DNA of 64,000 bases from Candidatus Alistipes equi (GCA_018065435.1 JAGHTK010000076.1:5943-69942); one strand, 5' to 3'. Shown: positions 9,495 to 18,404, counted from the first letter of the stretch. Translations and numbers: made by a program. The notes: generated by a model from the letters alone, not told the origin.

Positions 9495-11332
9495 AAGTAA
9501 ACGAAAACGCAACGCGTCATGACCAGACATTCTGGAATGTCAGGGAGAAAAGGGACAAAATGGCAAAAGCGCTGCCTGAGTGGGAAGACCTTAGGGAAGA
9601 AGCTGGGCAAATCAAGATGGATATTCTTACACATTTGGACCACTACATCGCCCTATTCGAAAAAAATGCAACGCTTAACGGAGTTCACGTTCATCATGCA
9701 AAGGACGCCAAGGAGTATAACCAAATCGTTTTGGATATCCTTTCAGCGCACAAGGTAAAAAAGGTTGTCAAGAGCAAGTCGATGCTCACCGAAGAGTGTC
9801 ATCTCAACGAGAACCTTGAAAAGAACAACATCGAAGTTGTTGAAACAGACCTTGGGGAGCGAATACTCCAAATGATGAAACTTGCTCCGAGTCACGTTGT
9901 AATGCCAGCCCTTCATGTTCATAGAGAAGACATAATGGCTTGCTTTAAGGAACAAATTCCCGAGTACGAACAATTCAAAAAGAAGTATCTCGAAATATCC
10001 GGAAAAGATAATGTTGCGGAGGATGACCCGACGATGCTCACTTTCGTTGCAAGATTGCACTTAAGACATCAGTTTGAAACGGCACAAGCAGGAATGACTG
10101 GAGCCAATTTTGGCATTGCCGACCATGGTGATGTTGTAGTTTGTACGAATGAGGGAAATGCCGATATGAGCACAGCTCTTCCGAATCTACACATCGTATC
10201 GATGGGTATCGAAAAACTCATTCCCGACTATCGTGCAATGGGTATATTTCACCGCTTGCTTGCCAGAAGTGGCACTGGACAAGAGACCACCGTCTATACG
10301 AGTCATTTTCGCGGAGCTAAACCCGGCGGGGAGATGCATATAATACTTGTGGACAATGGTCGAAGAAAGATTCTTGAAATGCCGGATCACATCCAAATGC
10401 TCAAATGCATACGTTGTGGTTCTTGTATGAATACGTGTCCTGTTTACAGAAGGACCGGAGGATATTCCTATAGCTATTTTATACCTGGACCTATAGGAAT
10501 CAACCTTGGAATGGCGCACGATGCGAAAAAACATGCAAAGAACTTATCTGCATGCTCACTGTGTTGCTCGTGCGAAAACGTATGTCCCGTAAAGGTTGAC
10601 CTTGCAAGTCAGATTTATCGCTGGAGACAGATGCTTGAAAAGATTCATAAGGAGAAACGTTCAAAAAAAACCCTTTCACGCTTAATGACCTTCGCTTTTG
10701 GGAAGCCGTGGATATACAGATGCCTTTGCAAGATGGCGCCACTTATAAACCATCTCCCAAATTGGATGGTGGAAACGAAAGCTAACAAATGGACCATCGG
10801 ACACAAGATGATGCATTTTCCAAAGAAATCATTCCACGACCTGTGGCCAGAACTTAAGAATGAATCCATCATAGTTCAGCAGGAATACACTCCTACCGTG
10901 CCGAAGTGTGAGGACTCTTCCAAGCCTCTCAGTTTTAGGCCTACAACCTACGAAGACAAAGTTGAGAAATTCTGTCAGACAACTGTAAACGTTTCTGGAG
11001 CAGAACTTAAAATTAGTACCGCTCCTGAAGACATAGAGACAATAAAGGGAAGAATTGCTGTAGCGGAAAACGGATGCATCTGGATACCACAAACAACTCC
11101 CGACAGAAGACATCTTTTCACATCGGAACACCTCGATATTGAAATTTCGCGCAAGAACATTGTGAACAATATGCACGAGGCATACGAACTGATAGAAAAA
11201 TCTATAGAGTACTTCAAGCCATACCCGTTTGGCACCTTTATAAGCGGGCCGAGCAAAACTGCGGATATTGAAGGTACACTTGTCTATGGAGCACAAGCCG
11301 CAAGATCCGTAACAGTTTGGCTTACAGAGTAA
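9491..11332 (+). CDS. LutB/YkgF-LutC/YkgG (LUD domain) fusion, lactate utilization
   Basis: LutB part: ETDLGE, TNEGN, CIRCGSCMNTCP, CSLCCSCENVCP; C-terminal LutC-type AVAENG...FISGPSKTADIE..LVYGA. Confidence 0.85.
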   Translation: MKVNENATRHDQTFWNVREKRDKMAKALPEWEDLREEAGQIKMDILTHLDHYIALFEKNATLNGVHVHHAKDAKEYNQIVLDILSAHKVKKVVKSKSMLTEECHLNENLEKNNIEVVETDLGERILQMMKLAPSHVVMPALHVHREDIMACFKEQIPEYEQFKKKYLEISGKDNVAEDDPTMLTFVARLHLRHQFETAQAGMTGANFGIADHGDVVVCTNEGNADMSTALPNLHIVSMGIEKLIPDYRAMGIFHRLLARSGTGQETTVYTSHFRGAKPGGEMHIILVDNGRRKILEMPDHIQMLKCIRCGSCMNTCPVYRRTGGYSYSYFIPGPIGINLGMAHDAKKHAKNLSACSLCCSCENVCPVKVDLASQIYRWRQMLEKIHKEKRSKKTLSRLMTFAFGKPWIYRCLCKMAPLINHLPNWMVETKANKWTIGHKMMHFPKKSFHDLWPELKNESIIVQQEYTPTVPKCEDSSKPLSFRPTTYEDKVEKFCQTTVNVSGAELKISTAPEDIETIKGRIAVAENGCIWIPQTTPDRRHLFTSEHLDIEISRKNIVNNMHEAYELIEKSIEYFKPYPFGTFISGPSKTADIEGTLVYGAQAARSVTVWLTE

Positions 11333-11343
11333 AGAAATCTACA

Positions 11344-12579
11344 CTATTTGATAGTATCTAGCAGAAGTTTAACAGCATAAGCTGATGCTCGAGAAATTAC
11401 TTGGCTGCGGTCCGTACCGCAGTCTTTTTTGATTGCGAAACTCTTCTGGGGTGTTGATATACCTATATATACCGTTCCTACCGGCTTTTCAAGGCTTCCA
11501 CCCGTAGGGCCTGCTATTCCCGTTGTTGATATTGCATAGGTAGCTCCCGACACCTTTCTGACGCCCTGAGCCATCTGTACGGCGACCTGTTCCGAAACAG
11601 CTCCGTACCGCATGAGATCCTCACGCGACACTCCAAGGATTTCAGCCTTTGCCTCATTGCTATAGGAGACAACTCCAGCGAGAAAATAACCAGAAGCTCC
11701 ACTTTGAGATGTAAATAGCGAGGCCAAATAACCTCCCGTACAACTTTCTGCAACAGAAAGTGTCTCATGGTGAGAAAGCAGGTACTCGTGCAATAGCGTT
11801 TCTGGCATCGTTCCCTCATATCCTACGATATTTTCAGGAATGATTTGACGAAGTTTATCAAACTGTTCAGTAATCATACGTGTAGCCATCTCTTTTTCAA
11901 CATCATATGCAGAAAGACGCAAGCGTACAATGTTTGGAGCTGGTAAATATGCCAGATGGAGCGTTGAAGGAAGCGCATCCTCCCACTGTGATATCTTTTG
12001 CGCAAGAAGGGATTCTGCAATCGATGACGTTATAAGTGTACGATGAACTATCGAACGACAGTTGAAACGCTGGCGTATGCGTGCCAAAACTTCATCCTCC
12101 ATAAGATGCTTCATTTCAAAAGGCACACCTGGCAAGGATATGACAATGTGTCCATCTTTTTCAAAAAGCATTCCCGGAGCCGTTCCATGGGCATTGAAAA
12201 GCACTTCGCACTTTTGAGGAACCATTGCCTGGTTGCGGTTCAAATCTATGAAAGGAATAGAACGTTTAGCAAGAAGTTGTCGAACATGTTCTCCAACTTT
12301 TTCATTGTAATAGAGCTCAGATGAAAAGTAGGATGCAAGCGTATGTTTTGTAATATCATCCTTGGTTGGACCAAGGCCCCCTGTAAGAATGACAATCTCA
12401 TTTTTATCAAGAAGAGAGTCAAGTGCTTGGATAATTTCATCACGATTGTCCGTAATTGAGAGCATCCTTTCAACTTTTACTCCTATAGAGTTAAGTGCCT
12501 TGGCTATAAACTGCGAATTGGTATCAAGAATTTGTCCTATGAGAATTTCATCCCCGATTGTAACTATTGCTGCTTTCAT
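11344..12579 (-). CDS. cinA: CinA family protein (MoCF-like domain + NMN deamidase PncC)
   Basis: IGDEILIGQILDTNS, GGLGPTKDDIT, AESCTGG and TGIAGPTGG motifs. Confidence 0.93.
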   Translation of the reverse strand: MKAAIVTIGDEILIGQILDTNSQFIAKALNSIGVKVERMLSITDNRDEIIQALDSLLDKNEIVILTGGLGPTKDDITKHTLASYFSSELYYNEKVGEHVRQLLAKRSIPFIDLNRNQAMVPQKCEVLFNAHGTAPGMLFEKDGHIVISLPGVPFEMKHLMEDEVLARIRQRFNCRSIVHRTLITSSIAESLLAQKISQWEDALPSTLHLAYLPAPNIVRLRLSAYDVEKEMATRMITEQFDKLRQIIPENIVGYEGTMPETLLHEYLLSHHETLSVAESCTGGYLASLFTSQSGASGYFLAGVVSYSNEAKAEILGVSREDLMRYGAVSEQVAVQMAQGVRKVSGATYAISTTGIAGPTGGSLEKPVGTVYIGISTPQKSFAIKKDCGTDRSQVISRASAYAVKLLLDTIK

Positions 12580-12624
12580 CCTAAAGAAAAGAATATAGAG
12601 CCACTACCGGTTCCAAATAAAACA

Positions 12625-13635
12625 TTAAATTTTAACAAGTGCTTTCAAAGATTCCGTAACAAGCGAAGGGCCTCGCATAACAAAACCTGTGTGAAGTTCG
12701 ACAAGAGACGCTCCAGCATCAAGCATTCGACGTACATCCTCTGAAGAAATCATACCACCACATCCAATAATAGGATAAGAACTATGGGAACGTTCATTAA
12801 TACGAGACACAATCTGAATAGTCCTTTCCAAAAGAGGACGACCGCATACCTTCTTACGGCCCGTTTTATTTCCTGCAAAATGATAGGAAGGTCCTGTAGC
12901 AACAATACCATCAAGCGGAGTGTCCAACATGATACCCGTCATCCTATCAACCTCTTCGTCACTTAAATCAGGAGATATTTTCATCAATATCGGTCTGTAT
13001 TGGTTTTGACCCAAACGGAATTCAAACATTGGTTGCAAAATGGCAAGTATCTGTTCTTTGGTACGGAGGACGCTGTGCTCATTGTCAACCACATCCCAAA
13101 CATTTACCGTAAAGAAGTCGGCATATTGATAAAGATTTCTGAAAACCCTTAAATAATCCTGCCACGCCTGTGATTCGGGAGTAATGCTGTTTTTACCTAT
13201 ATTACATCCGACAATTTGATTAGGGCGCTTACGCCTTAGGTTCGCTACGACGTTGTTAAGTCCCTTTGATATATATCCAGCACTATTAGATATAGTTAAA
13301 TTCTCAAAATCAAGCGTTAGCGATGAACGAGAACGGCCACCCATCTGTGGCAGTGGCGTTACGGGCCCCACCTCGACAAAACCAAAACCTACATTAGAAA
13401 GCGAAGAGAAAGTCTCAGCATTCCTATCAAAGCCCGAAGCTAGTCCTACGGGATTCGAAAAAGTAATTCCCATCACTTCGCGCTGAAGGGAATGATGTCT
13501 GCCAAGAGATCTGTTTCCAATAAGGCTTCCTACAAATGGAATATATTTAATGGCACGCAATAGTGCTATTGCACAATCGTGAGCACTATTCGGTCCAAAT
13601 AATTTCAGTACAATTTTTATCAAAGCATATAACAT
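12625..13635 (-). CDS. Class-2 dihydroorotate dehydrogenase-like flavoprotein with a degenerate active site
   Basis: NPVGLASGFD, GFGFVEVG, NIGKN, KISPD, GCGG and GASLV recognisable, but NxSSPNT is replaced by NVWDVVD. Confidence 0.75.
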   Translation of the reverse strand: MLYALIKIVLKLFGPNSAHDCAIALLRAIKYIPFVGSLIGNRSLGRHHSLQREVMGITFSNPVGLASGFDRNAETFSSLSNVGFGFVEVGPVTPLPQMGGRSRSSLTLDFENLTISNSAGYISKGLNNVVANLRRKRPNQIVGCNIGKNSITPESQAWQDYLRVFRNLYQYADFFTVNVWDVVDNEHSVLRTKEQILAILQPMFEFRLGQNQYRPILMKISPDLSDEEVDRMTGIMLDTPLDGIVATGPSYHFAGNKTGRKKVCGRPLLERTIQIVSRINERSHSSYPIIGCGGMISSEDVRRMLDAGASLVELHTGFVMRGPSLVTESLKALVKI

Positions 13636-13639
13636 ATCG

Positions 13640-13647
13640 CAAATTTA
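13640..13647 (-). promoter_or_regulatory. -7 element (TAAATTTG) ending 4 nt before the ATG of the DHODH-like gene
   Basis: Minus strand reads TAAATTTG-CGAT-ATG. Confidence 0.6.
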
Positions 13648-13899
13648 GTTATTCTATAAAAAAAACAATCTTTTCTTCACTTTTTGACTAAAGTGGCACA
13701 GGTTTCGAAGAAGAAGCTGATAAGATATAGCATGCGCTTAATAGCACACAGCAACGCGATGAAAATTAAGAACTTGATAATTTTTTTTACTATAAAAATG
13801 AAATTTAGTCTATAGTAGGTTACTTTTTTGTTTAATGAGCATTGCCAGGCAGTTACCAACAAGGAAAGGTTGTGAAAATTGTAGTGAAAATTTCTTTAT

Positions 13900-13907
13900 T
13901 AACTTTG
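13900..13907 (+). promoter_or_regulatory. -7 element (TAACTTTG)
   Basis: Consensus match about 90 nt upstream of ATG 13999. Confidence 0.65.
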
Positions 13908-13998
13908 CACTATAAAGCGGATGTCTATGTTCAAATGCAAAGCCTTTCAAGAGCATGCCATTTGTAAGTCATCCTCAAAAAAAACTTTTTCTTTCATT

Positions 13999-15036
13999 AT
14001 GGATTTAAAACTATTCAAATTCCTCGAAGAAGACAATGCAAACGCATATTACTTCAAGGATTCAACATCGCCAGAAAATGCGAGCGTGGTATACATCTCC
14101 GTACCGTGGAGTCTGACTTCGGCCAAAGGTGAGGGTTCATCATATGCTCCGGATGCCATAATTGAAGCGTCTGGTAAGATTAGCAGCTTTGATGCTTTCA
14201 ACCAAATATCTATGGAAGGCAAAGTCTCTACGCTTGACATTGATTATGAAATACAGGAAAAGTCCATTATTTTGGGAGAAGATGTCTGGAGAATTTTTGA
14301 CTATCTCCGCGACGGAGGTCTGCTCAAGGCCGACTTCTTCGGACGCAAGGTTAAAAAGGTCAATGAAGGTATCTTGGAGATGAGACAAAAGGTGTATCAG
14401 ACATCTAAGGCCTGGGCTGAAAAAGGAAAAATAATTGGAATCATCGGTGGAGACCATTCTGTAAGCTACGGAGCGGTAAAGGCATTGGCCGAGCAACATG
14501 ACCAAATCGGAGTGCTATTCCTTGATGCTCAACCTGACATGATTCAAGACAACTATGATATAAAGTACTCTCATCGAACAATTGCCCGAGATATCATTAA
14601 TGACATCCCACAGGTAAGCAAAATGGTACAGGCAGGTATTCGTGACATTACCGAAGAGGAGTACTCCATAATACAAATCAATCCAAAGGTTGAGCTCTTT
14701 TTGATGGAACAGATGGAGCAAATGTTATCCTCGGGTGAAACCTGGAACAACGTTTGTGAGAAAATTATCAACCGACTTCCAGAAAAGATATATGTATCTG
14801 TAGATATCGATGTATTAAACATAGAATGTTGTTCTCACACGATTTCTCCTCTTCCTGGCGGTATGCCATTCGGCAGATTGTGTACCCTTTTGAATATGCT
14901 ACAACACGAAGGAAAACAAATTGTAGGATTTGACATTACAGAAGTAGTCCCAATCATTAAATCAAAAGTAGACTCTCTATCAGCAGCAAAATTGCTAGCT
15001 AAACTTACCACATCTGCCCTCAAACAGAAAAAATAA
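13999..15036 (+). CDS. Arginase/agmatinase (ureohydrolase) family protein, variant metal site
   Basis: GGDHS, DAQPD (canonical DAHxD), YSH, GIRD, SVDIDVL, PGG and GFDITEV; probable start ATG 13999 after an AT-rich leader. Confidence 0.82.
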   Translation: MDLKLFKFLEEDNANAYYFKDSTSPENASVVYISVPWSLTSAKGEGSSYAPDAIIEASGKISSFDAFNQISMEGKVSTLDIDYEIQEKSIILGEDVWRIFDYLRDGGLLKADFFGRKVKKVNEGILEMRQKVYQTSKAWAEKGKIIGIIGGDHSVSYGAVKALAEQHDQIGVLFLDAQPDMIQDNYDIKYSHRTIARDIINDIPQVSKMVQAGIRDITEEEYSIIQINPKVELFLMEQMEQMLSSGETWNNVCEKIINRLPEKIYVSVDIDVLNIECCSHTISPLPGGMPFGRLCTLLNMLQHEGKQIVGFDITEVVPIIKSKVDSLSAAKLLAKLTTSALKQKK

Positions 15037-15041
15037 CATCA

Positions 15042-15713
15042 ATGAAAGCATATAGAATTATTATTGCCTTGTTTGTTACAGCAACCGCCCTTTCCTGCAG
15101 CTCAAGGCAGGTAGAACTGCGTAACGAGTTGGATTCCCTTTCATATATTTTTGGAACGAATGTGGCGGAGAATCTTCTGAAAATGGATTCTACATTAAAT
15201 GTGCAAGCCGTATGCCGCGGATTGGAAGACACATTCAACGGCAACTGTATAATATCTAAAGAAGAGGGACGGACTTATCTTCTTGCGCAAAAAACATTTT
15301 TTATACACGAAAAAGCGAAAGCCTACGAAGAACAGTTTCTCGCTGATATGAATCGTCACAATCGTGAATTTGCCCAAACGAGATCCGGAATCACCTACAA
15401 AATCACAAAAGTTGGTGACCAGAATTCACAAATGCTCACCTCAAACGACACACTTAAGGTCATTATGACCATAAAGGACATACAAGGACACATCTACAAG
15501 GATTGTGATACCATAAGACTTTCATACCGCAGTCTTGTACAGGGAGTACAGGAAGTAGTTAGAATGACCGGTAATGGAGGAGCGTTTGATGCTTGGATTC
15601 CTTACGAAAAAGCCTATGATCAGGAAGGAAACAAAGAGCTTGGTATCAAGCCAAGAACTACGCTAAACTATATCGTCGACATCCTTGACATCGAATACGC
15701 TTCACAAAAGTAA
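15042..15713 (+). CDS. FKBP-like lipoprotein (FKBP_N + degenerate PPIase domain)
   Basis: Lipobox ALSC; DSLSYIFG, TRSGITYKI and WIPYEKAY..GIKPRTTLNY motifs. Confidence 0.75.
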   Translation: MKAYRIIIALFVTATALSCSSRQVELRNELDSLSYIFGTNVAENLLKMDSTLNVQAVCRGLEDTFNGNCIISKEEGRTYLLAQKTFFIHEKAKAYEEQFLADMNRHNREFAQTRSGITYKITKVGDQNSQMLTSNDTLKVIMTIKDIQGHIYKDCDTIRLSYRSLVQGVQEVVRMTGNGGAFDAWIPYEKAYDQEGNKELGIKPRTTLNYIVDILDIEYASQK

Positions 15714-15782
15714 CAAGTAACTCGCTATTACAAAGCTCTTTGACATTTAATGCAAGGTGCGTGAAAAATTGAAAAAAGTTAC

Positions 15783-15790
15783 TACCTTTG
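15783..15790 (+). promoter_or_regulatory. -7 element (TACCTTTG)
   Basis: Consensus match upstream of the second FKBP gene. Confidence 0.65.
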
Positions 15791-15823
15791 CCAAGATTGT
15801 AACAACTGATTAAATTAAAAAAT

Positions 15824-16870
15824 ATGAGAAAATTTGTATTTACCGCAATTGTCGTATGCATCGCAATGGCAATGGTGGCATGTGGCTCAAAAACCACAAT
15901 CAAAAAGGGCAACTTAAATGGTAAGATGGACTCTTTGTCATATTGCCTTGGTGCAAATATCGGATTCGGTCTTACCGCTCAAGAGGCAGAACTTCCTAAC
16001 TTTAATTATGACGCTGTTTATAACGAACTTAAGAAAGGCGCTTTGGAGACTAATGACAAAGTTGTAGAAGAAAAACAAGAAGCTGCAGTTTCTGTATTGC
16101 GTGAATATTTCACACAACGTCTTACAGAAAGAAGAGCACACAACAAAAGCGAGGATGAAAAAGTTAAGGCTGATTCAACTTATAAGCCAGAATATGTAGA
16201 GTTGTTCAATACAGACCAGGAGTGCGATAGCGTTTCTATGTCTTTTGGTTATGATATCGGTTGTAACATCAGAGCAAGCAAACTTCCATTGCAGATTAAC
16301 TGGCTTGTTGAAGGATTGAAGAATGCACGTCAGAACGAAAGCAAAGTTTCACAAGATGACGTTCAGAAATTCCTTGAGAACTACTTCACAGTCGTACGTC
16401 CTGCTGAAGCTTTGAAAGAAAGCGAGAAATGGCTTAAGAAGATGGAAAAGAAGAGCGGTGTCAAAAAGACAGAAAGCGGACTTTTGTACAAAGTCGTAAA
16501 GCAAGGAGATATGACACAGGTTGCAACATCTGACGAGGATGAGGTTAAGGTTAACTACGAAGGCAAACTTCCTGATGGAAAGGTTTTCGATTCATCATAC
16601 GAGCGCAACGAACCTGCAGAGTTCCCTCTGAATCGTGTAATCAAGGGATGGACAGAAGGTATGAAACTTATAGGTGTAGGTGGAGAGATTATCCTTTATA
16701 TCCCATCTGATTTGGCTTATGGTCAGTTTGGAGCAGGCCGTGACATCGGTCCTAACCAAGCACTTCAATTCAAGGTTGAACTTCTTGAGGTAAAGCACAA
16801 GGCTGCAGAAGAAGCAACTGAAGAAAAAGCTGAGGAAGCTCAAAAGGCAGAAGAGGCTCCAGCTAAGTAA
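15824..16870 (+). CDS. FKBP-type peptidyl-prolyl isomerase (FkpA/Mip-like lipoprotein)
   Basis: TESGLLYKV, VNYEGKL.DGKVFDSSY, VIKGWTEG and IPSDLAYG; two FKBP_N-like segments. Confidence 0.92.
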   Translation: MRKFVFTAIVVCIAMAMVACGSKTTIKKGNLNGKMDSLSYCLGANIGFGLTAQEAELPNFNYDAVYNELKKGALETNDKVVEEKQEAAVSVLREYFTQRLTERRAHNKSEDEKVKADSTYKPEYVELFNTDQECDSVSMSFGYDIGCNIRASKLPLQINWLVEGLKNARQNESKVSQDDVQKFLENYFTVVRPAEALKESEKWLKKMEKKSGVKKTESGLLYKVVKQGDMTQVATSDEDEVKVNYEGKLPDGKVFDSSYERNEPAEFPLNRVIKGWTEGMKLIGVGGEIILYIPSDLAYGQFGAGRDIGPNQALQFKVELLEVKHKAAEEATEEKAEEAQKAEEAPAK

Positions 16871-16919
16871 TTTGAAGCATATTTAACATAAAAAATAGAC
16901 ATTTATTGTCCGTTCTATC

Positions 16920-16947
16920 AAGCTCCTTTTTTTAAGGAGCTTTTTTT
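16920..16947 (+). terminator. Intrinsic terminator
   Basis: AAGCTCCTT-ttttt-AAGGAGCTT followed by a T-run. Confidence 0.85.
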
Positions 16948-17119
16948 ATGCGCACTACGATTCGAAGCTAAAGAGCATAAAATTTTCATTCGGAAACATC
17001 AAACCATATAAGAATGAATCAAACTGATTCGAACGATTATCGTTTTTTTTTAATAAATTCGTGTTTGATTATCAATCAACAGAACGAAAAGGAATCTACA
17101 AATTTTCTTTGAGAAGCAT

Positions 17120-18295
17120 ATGAAACATTTATTTACAGCCTTGATTCTCACGCTATCTGTCACAATTGCGAATGGACAGAACAAATTATCGTCCTACCCT
17201 TGGGAGGATAGACCCGTAACTTACATTGCTCACCGTAGCTTACACCTTAAAGGAGTATCACCCGAAAATTCTCTAAGAGCCATTGAAATGGCAGCATATG
17301 CTGGTTATAAGATGGTTGAAATTGACACACGTTCCACAGTTGATGGAGAAATCATTGTTATGCATGATGCAACAATAAACCGCACATGTTGTACAGTCAA
17401 GGGAGGAAAAATCAAGAAAAGCATTTCCATTGCTAAAAGTACATTCAACGATCTAAGAACAAAATATCGTCTTCGAAACCAAAATGGCAAACCAGGAGAA
17501 GTGATTCCTACCTTTGAGGAAATGATTCAACAGTGCAAGAAGTGTGGCATTTATCCATTGGTGCACCATAAAATCAGTCCAATTGACAAAGTTGTATCCA
17601 TTTTGCAAAAATATTTCGGAGAAAACTTTATAATGTTTACAAGCGATGTAAACATTTTGCGCTATACAAGAAAGTGTTGTCCTAATTGCAAAATCATGTA
17701 TTCAATATCTCCAAAAACAAAGGATGGTTGTTTGGAAATACTCAAGGAAATAGGCGGAAATTGTTCCATAAGCACGATGGATCTGGAAATTCTAGACAAG
17801 GAATTTACTCAGAAATGCATCTCTCTTGGAATTGACGTACAAGCATCGACAGCTGACTATCTGGTTCTTCCAAACAGAATGGAAGGAGAGTGGACATACC
17901 TTTTAAGTAATGTAAGGCACATGCCTATTTCGAACTCCGACAAGCAAAATATTGAAAAGACCGTTGAATTCAAGGCAAAAGATTTTGTCACAAACGGCAA
18001 GGTACGCAATGGAGTCTATACACTAAATAAAGGTGAAAAACTGTTGCTTAACAATTTTACCAAAACAGATGCCCAAAAGGGTCAGATTGGCGTATACGAT
18101 ATAGAACTTACTCTAAAGGGATCATGTCAGATCCTTGCTCCGAACACGGGCGTACAAGAGTACCATGGTGATAACTCCAAAGTTGCATTCAGTGTGATGT
18201 ATACATATTCACCATGCTACATGATTCTTACAGCTACGCAGGATTGTACCATATCCAATCTTACGATGAAAAATGCCATATACAAGGTAAAATAA
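17120..18295 (+). CDS. Secreted glycerophosphodiester phosphodiesterase (GDPD) family protein with an extra C-terminal domain
   Basis: Signal peptide; IAHR, PENS, VEIDTRSTVDGEIIVMHD and IPTFEE motifs. Confidence 0.8.
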   Translation: MKHLFTALILTLSVTIANGQNKLSSYPWEDRPVTYIAHRSLHLKGVSPENSLRAIEMAAYAGYKMVEIDTRSTVDGEIIVMHDATINRTCCTVKGGKIKKSISIAKSTFNDLRTKYRLRNQNGKPGEVIPTFEEMIQQCKKCGIYPLVHHKISPIDKVVSILQKYFGENFIMFTSDVNILRYTRKCCPNCKIMYSISPKTKDGCLEILKEIGGNCSISTMDLEILDKEFTQKCISLGIDVQASTADYLVLPNRMEGEWTYLLSNVRHMPISNSDKQNIEKTVEFKAKDFVTNGKVRNGVYTLNKGEKLLLNNFTKTDAQKGQIGVYDIELTLKGSCQILAPNTGVQEYHGDNSKVAFSVMYTYSPCYMILTATQDCTISNLTMKNAIYKVK

Positions 18296-18348
18296 TCTTT
18301 ACGAACTAAATATTTTCGAAAACGTTCGCTTTATCAATTAGTAATTTC

Positions 18349-18382
18349 AGCCCCGTAGCATTCTCAGCTATGGGGCTTCTTT
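18349..18382 (+). terminator. Intrinsic terminator of the GDPD gene
   Basis: AGCCCCGTAGC...GCTATGGGGCT followed by TCTTT. Confidence 0.7.
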
Positions 18383-18404
18383 ATGCGTATTTGGTCCGAC
18401 ACAC

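Noticed and set aside
13677-13862. 61-aa ORF in the DHODH-like/ureohydrolase intergenic region
   Set aside because: AT-rich, non-ATG start, lies within a divergent promoter region, no recognisable features
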